From a virus, in the IMG/VR virus record IMGVR_UViG_3300045988_138052, positions 1 through 36,095 of that record: a DNA stretch of 36,095 bases; one strand, written 5' to 3'. Below the pieces are notes generated by a model. The model was not told where the DNA came from and did not search any database. It saw nothing but the letters and a program-made list of their open reading frames with translations. How positions within the stretch are numbered: position 1 is the first letter of the stretch; each line of letters starts with the position of its first letter. Shown in pieces: positions 33,641 through 36,095 of the stretch. The position numbers were made by a program, and so were the translations under genes.

Positions 33641-33875
33641 GAATATCAACTACAAAGACGTAATCGTACGTGCGTTGTGGACATTTGTGCAGACGTTTAT
33701 CGCAACGTTCTTGCTGGCGGGTGTCAATCTCGTAAATTTGCTGTTCTCGGCAAGCTGGCGTGAGCTGTGGGCTCTAGCACTAGCTACGACGCTATCTGCG
33801 ATTGCTGCTGGCTTGTCGGCTGCTAAAACAGTGATCGTTGGATTGATTCGCGAGATGCAAAACGCCGTTGAGTAG
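33618..33875 (+). CDS. Holin (LL-H / phi LC3-like pattern).
   Basis: 85 aa with AAGGAGAA RBS. YKDVIVRALWTFVQTFIATFLLAGV and LWALALATTLSAIAAGLSAA TM segments are typical of this holin family. Confidence 0.6.
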   Translation: MKSLEALKNINYKDVIVRALWTFVQTFIATFLLAGVNLVNLLFSASWRELWALALATTLSAIAAGLSAAKTVIVGLIREMQNAVE

Positions 33876-33891
33876 TTCGGAAATACCGAAC
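33875..33891. repeat. 17-nt site GTTCGG-AAATA-CCGAAC (copy 1). It is an inverted copy of 33987-34003 and each copy is itself a hairpin/palindrome.
   Basis: Exact reverse-complement identity with 33987-34003. The local 9-bp hairpin 33872-33894 overlaps the holin stop codon. Confidence 0.8.
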
Positions 33892-33896
33892 TACTG

Positions 33897-33928
33897 AAAA
33901 CCGCCTCGATAAGCTCCGAGGCGGTTTT
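33897..33928 (+). terminator. Rho-independent (bidirectional-type) terminator ending the late/lysis operon.
   Basis: 8-bp GC stem CCGCCTCG / CGAGGCGG, flanked by AAAA and TTTT. Confidence 0.8.
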
Positions 33929-33986
33929 CGAACTGGAAAGAAATCCTTTATAGTTGAGTTAGTAAGAATCATTTACAGACTGAACT

Positions 33987-34003
33987 GTTCGGTATTTCCG
34001 AAC
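33987..34003. repeat. 17-nt site GTTCGG-TATTT-CCGAAC (copy 2), abutting the -35 of the 34006 promoter.
   Basis: Reverse complement of 33875-33891. Local 10-bp hairpin 33983-34007. Confidence 0.8.
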
Positions 34004-34005
34004 AG

Positions 34006-34034
34006 TTGACTTAATGCAAATATTTTGCTAGACT
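34006..34034 (+). promoter_or_regulatory. Candidate sigma70 promoter of a very short transcription unit.
   Basis: TTGACT (34006-11), 17-nt spacer, TAGACT (34029-34). Confidence 0.45.
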
Positions 34035-34040
34035 AAATGT

Positions 34041-34100
34041 ATCAATGTCATATTGCTGGCCTCTACCGAACCTTGTTTCGGTCGGGGCCACTTTTATTTT
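34041..34100 (+). ncRNA. Candidate sRNA of about 60 nt: an antisense seed followed by an intrinsic terminator.
   Basis: Seed 34040-64 is complementary to 159-183. Terminator hairpin 34058-34089 (outer GGCCTC/GGGGCC, inner ACCGAA/TTCGGT), then CTTTTATTTT. No ORF. Confidence 0.4.
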
Positions 34101-34277
34101 GGTCCAAAAACACGAAAAATAGGATTTTCTTGTCAAGCCCTAAGCACTGCGGGTTTGTGGAAAACTCCTCAAACAGGTAAAACACCCTAATCTAGTGATG
34201 GTGCTAGTTAGATTTGGGTTTAAATTTAGGGATTTTACTGGGGTAGCGATTTTGGCACTAAACTAATCATTGTCAAT

Positions 34278-34333
34278 CTCAATCCCAATCTCAATAGATT
34301 TCAACAAAGAAATCCTCAATCCCAATCTCAATA
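34278..34333 (+). repeat. Two exact 19-nt direct repeats CTCAATCCCAATCTCAATA (34278-96, 34315-33), built from CAATCY hexamers. Candidate operator or iterons upstream of the gene at 34365.
   Basis: Exact identity by inspection, 37-nt periodicity, about 30 nt upstream of the ATG. Confidence 0.8.
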
Positions 34334-34364
34334 ACAATTGTTTAGTTATGGAGGGTAACCAAAC

Positions 34365-34571
34365 ATGGACAAGTGGCAAAAGGTAAAGCGCACTGAATCG
34401 ATTGCGTATCAGTTAGCAGACAAGTTCAACAATCACAAGTATTTTTCCTTCTACTACAAGGTGGCAGCTAAACTACCAGAACAGAGGGTTTGGCAATTGG
34501 TGGAGGAGGCACAACATGGACAACAACCAGCTCGATTGTTCTCATTTCTTTGCAAGAAGGCTGGAGTATGA
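34365..34571 (+). CDS. Hypothetical small protein (68 aa). Possibly a helical DNA-binding regulator (weak).
   Basis: ATG with GGAGGG RBS. First gene of the int-proximal module. No clear HTH motif recognised. Confidence 0.5.
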   Translation: MDKWQKVKRTESIAYQLADKFNNHKYFSFYYKVAAKLPEQRVWQLVEEAQHGQQPARLFSFLCKKAGV

Positions 34572-34846
34572 CAACACTCAACACTAAGTCACTACGCGGT
34601 AAGCTTGTGGATAGGATAAATCGAGCTAAAGCTGAACGAGATCAGCAAAAATTGTTCGAGAAGAATAACGGTAACATCTGTGAACATGAGTGGAAAACGT
34701 ATAAGCAGATTATCAAGATCGATTACTCAGTTACTGTATTAAAGAACCAGATGCGTGAATATAATGGTCCAGCTGCTCCGTATTTCATCGTCAGAGGTTG
34801 TCATAAATGCAAGTCAAAGCACTATGTCGATATGCGCAGTAGCTAA
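34568..34846 (+). CDS. Hypothetical small protein (92 aa) with a CEHE...CHKC motif.
   Basis: ATGA coupling to the upstream gene. The longer track start (34490) lies in a Gly/Thr low-complexity overlap. Confidence 0.45.
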   Translation: MTTLNTKSLRGKLVDRINRAKAERDQQKLFEKNNGNICEHEWKTYKQIIKIDYSVTVLKNQMREYNGPAAPYFIVRGCHKCKSKHYVDMRSS

Positions 34847-34867
34847 TCAAATAACAGTAGTTAGAAT

Positions 34868-34903
34868 AGAGGGTAAATAAATTAGAATATTGCCCTCTTT
34901 TTG
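34868..34903 (+). terminator. Rho-independent terminator.
   Basis: 8-bp stem AGAGGGTA / TGCCCTCT (one G.U), followed by TTTTT. Confidence 0.65.
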
Positions 34904-34937
34904 CTTGAATAAGGATAAGCGTTATGACAAAATAATG

Positions 34938-34951
34938 CTTGAGTACTCAAG
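34938..34951. promoter_or_regulatory. Perfect 14-bp palindrome CTTGAGTACTCAAG upstream of the integrase. Candidate operator.
   Basis: Self-complementary by inspection, about 50 nt before the int start. Confidence 0.4.
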
Positions 34952-35001
34952 TTTCTACGTAGGTAAAATAAAGTATTGATCACTACTGGAGTTTGGAGTT
35001 T

Positions 35002-35919
35002 ATGAACGCAACAATGACGGCTACCCAAGCGGCAGCTTTATTTTTTACTAAACCAAAAACAATTGACAGTGCAAGGAGTATCACTATTGCGAGACTAGCT
35101 GATAACTACATACGGCACTGTACATACGTTGACACTATGTCACCAACCACCATATCAACGAGGCGAACACATTTGAAACAATTCATCGAATTTTGCAGAA
35201 GTAACAATAAACTATATGCCGAGGATCTCACTATCAACTGGCTTGACTTTTATTTCTATGAATTTGCTAAGACCCACGCACCGTCAACTACAAATACCAC
35301 TAAACGTATCTTAAAATCATTCTTCCGCTACATAACAGATAGAGCCGAAATAACTACCGTCAATCCTGACATCATCAAATCACACAAGAATATGAAGCCT
35401 CGACCGCATTACATCAACCACGACACTATCGATTATGTCATTCAGAGAACTACTGATCCACACACTAAAATGCTCATAGATTTCATGTATGAAACAGGCC
35501 TCAGAATCACTGAAGCCTGTCAGATCACTTACCGGGATATTGATGACCTGCGGGTATATGTGCTGGGTAAAGGAAACAAAGAACGCACCGTCTATCTCAC
35601 ACCTGAAGTACGACAACGCCTTGACGATTATATCGATGAATGGGGCCGTCAGAGCGGCACACTATTCAGAGCTAACACCAAGACTGCACGGCTGTGGATC
35701 CAGCGAGCGTTTAAGAAGTATGCTGGCATTCATATCACACCACATCAGCTACGCCATAGCTACGCAGCAAGGCTACTGCTCAACGGCTGTGACATAGCTT
35801 CAATCCAAAAGCTGCTTGGCCATTCAGACATCTCAACCACCATGATTTACCTACAGCTCAAAGATGAGGCCGTAGAGAATCAGTACTATAAAGCCAGGAA
35901 TAACGCTCAAGGATATTGA
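35002..35919 (+). CDS. int: Tyrosine recombinase / phage integrase.
   Basis: ETGLRITEA (Arg I), HQLRHSYAARLL (H-x-x-R) and LLGHSDISTTMIYL (His and the catalytic Tyr). ATG at 35002; the track start TTG at 34993 is also possible. Confidence 0.9.
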   Translation: MNATMTATQAAALFFTKPKTIDSARSITIARLADNYIRHCTYVDTMSPTTISTRRTHLKQFIEFCRSNNKLYAEDLTINWLDFYFYEFAKTHAPSTTNTTKRILKSFFRYITDRAEITTVNPDIIKSHKNMKPRPHYINHDTIDYVIQRTTDPHTKMLIDFMYETGLRITEACQITYRDIDDLRVYVLGKGNKERTVYLTPEVRQRLDDYIDEWGRQSGTLFRANTKTARLWIQRAFKKYAGIHITPHQLRHSYAARLLLNGCDIASIQKLLGHSDISTTMIYLQLKDEAVENQYYKARNNAQGY

Positions 35920-35944
35920 CATATTTAACCGACTTTGCTATACT
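35916..35944 (+). promoter_or_regulatory. Near-consensus sigma70 promoter overlapping the integrase stop codon and reading towards the 44-bp repeat.
   Basis: TTGACA (35916-21, containing the int TGA), 17-nt spacer, TATACT (35939-44). Confidence 0.6.
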
Positions 35945-35973
35945 AAGGGCAGTTGAGAAAGGCAATTGCCCTT
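35945..35973 (+). other. 5'-proximal hairpin of the transcript from the 35916 promoter.
   Basis: 11-bp stem AAGGGCAGTTG / CAATTGCCCTT (one G.U), loop AGAAAGG, T5 run 8 nt downstream. Confidence 0.55.
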
Positions 35974-36051
35974 CCAAGCATTTTTACACCAAAAATTGTG
36001 CCATCTACCTAACGTTGAGTAGAGGTATGCAATATGCCACCAAAACGGAAT

Positions 36052-36095
36052 TGTTGTGGTGGACAATCGTAGTTATGGGGAGGCGCACCTCACCA
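36052..36095. repeat. 44-bp terminal direct repeat, right copy (attR core or assembly overlap).
   Basis: Identical to 1-44. The integrase ends 132 nt upstream. Confidence 0.95.

Noticed and set aside
1-36095. An alternative genetic code or stop-codon reassignment, CRISPR arrays, and a diversity-generating retroelement.
   Set aside because: Long genes, including one of 8.1 kb, read through uninterrupted in the standard code. No spacer-repeat arrays were seen, and no reverse-transcriptase motif or template/variable repeat pair was seen.

Overview
The window is one complete temperate tailed-phage or prophage genome of about 36.05 kb. It is bounded by an identical 44-bp direct repeat (1-44 = 36052-36095), which is either the attL/attR core or a circular-assembly overlap. 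All roughly 48 credible genes lie on the + strand, and every minus-strand ORF in the track is nested inside a + gene or a structured non-coding region.

Gene order:
- Twin terminators, then an early block of small ORFans (467-8083). It includes a membrane-anchor ORF plus SLT lytic transglycosylase pair, a Zn-ribbon/DUF1064-like nuclease and a YopX protein.
- A 740-nt non-coding island (3787-4525) inside that block, with a long hairpin RNA, a non-canonical tRNA-like element (anticodon CAU) and a cluster of AACTGG repeats.
- A truncated TrpRS-like class I aminoacyl-tRNA synthetase (8076-8777).
- Late module: TerS, TerL, GroES-like co-chaperonin, portal, scaffold, major capsid.
- A self-contained promoter/terminator moron cassette (16466-18283) encoding three exported proteins: G5/DUF3761, Excalibur and CAP/SCP.
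- A Q/N/G-rich protein, then a 2701-aa polyvalent virion protein carrying H-Y-E ADP-ribosyltransferase-like, HExxH zincin and barnase/EndoU-like nuclease-like segments.
- Three tail proteins and a lysis cassette (holin-like proteins plus a membrane-anchored CHAP-CW_7-LysM endolysin).
- A dense regulatory region (33876-34364), two small genes and a tyrosine integrase (35002-35919).

No protein repressor/Cro, excisionase, replication initiator, polymerase or helicase could be recognised.

The most unusual signals are RNA or regulatory:
- A promoter-to-terminator mini-unit (34006-34100) whose 5' 25 nt are complementary to a hairpin (158-190) upstream of the early operon.
- A consensus promoter on the integrase stop codon that fires across the 44-bp repeat.
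- Repeated promoter-then-hairpin/terminator architecture.
- The large structured non-coding island with the embedded tRNA-like element.

All functional calls come from motif recognition by eye and from synteny. No database search was run.
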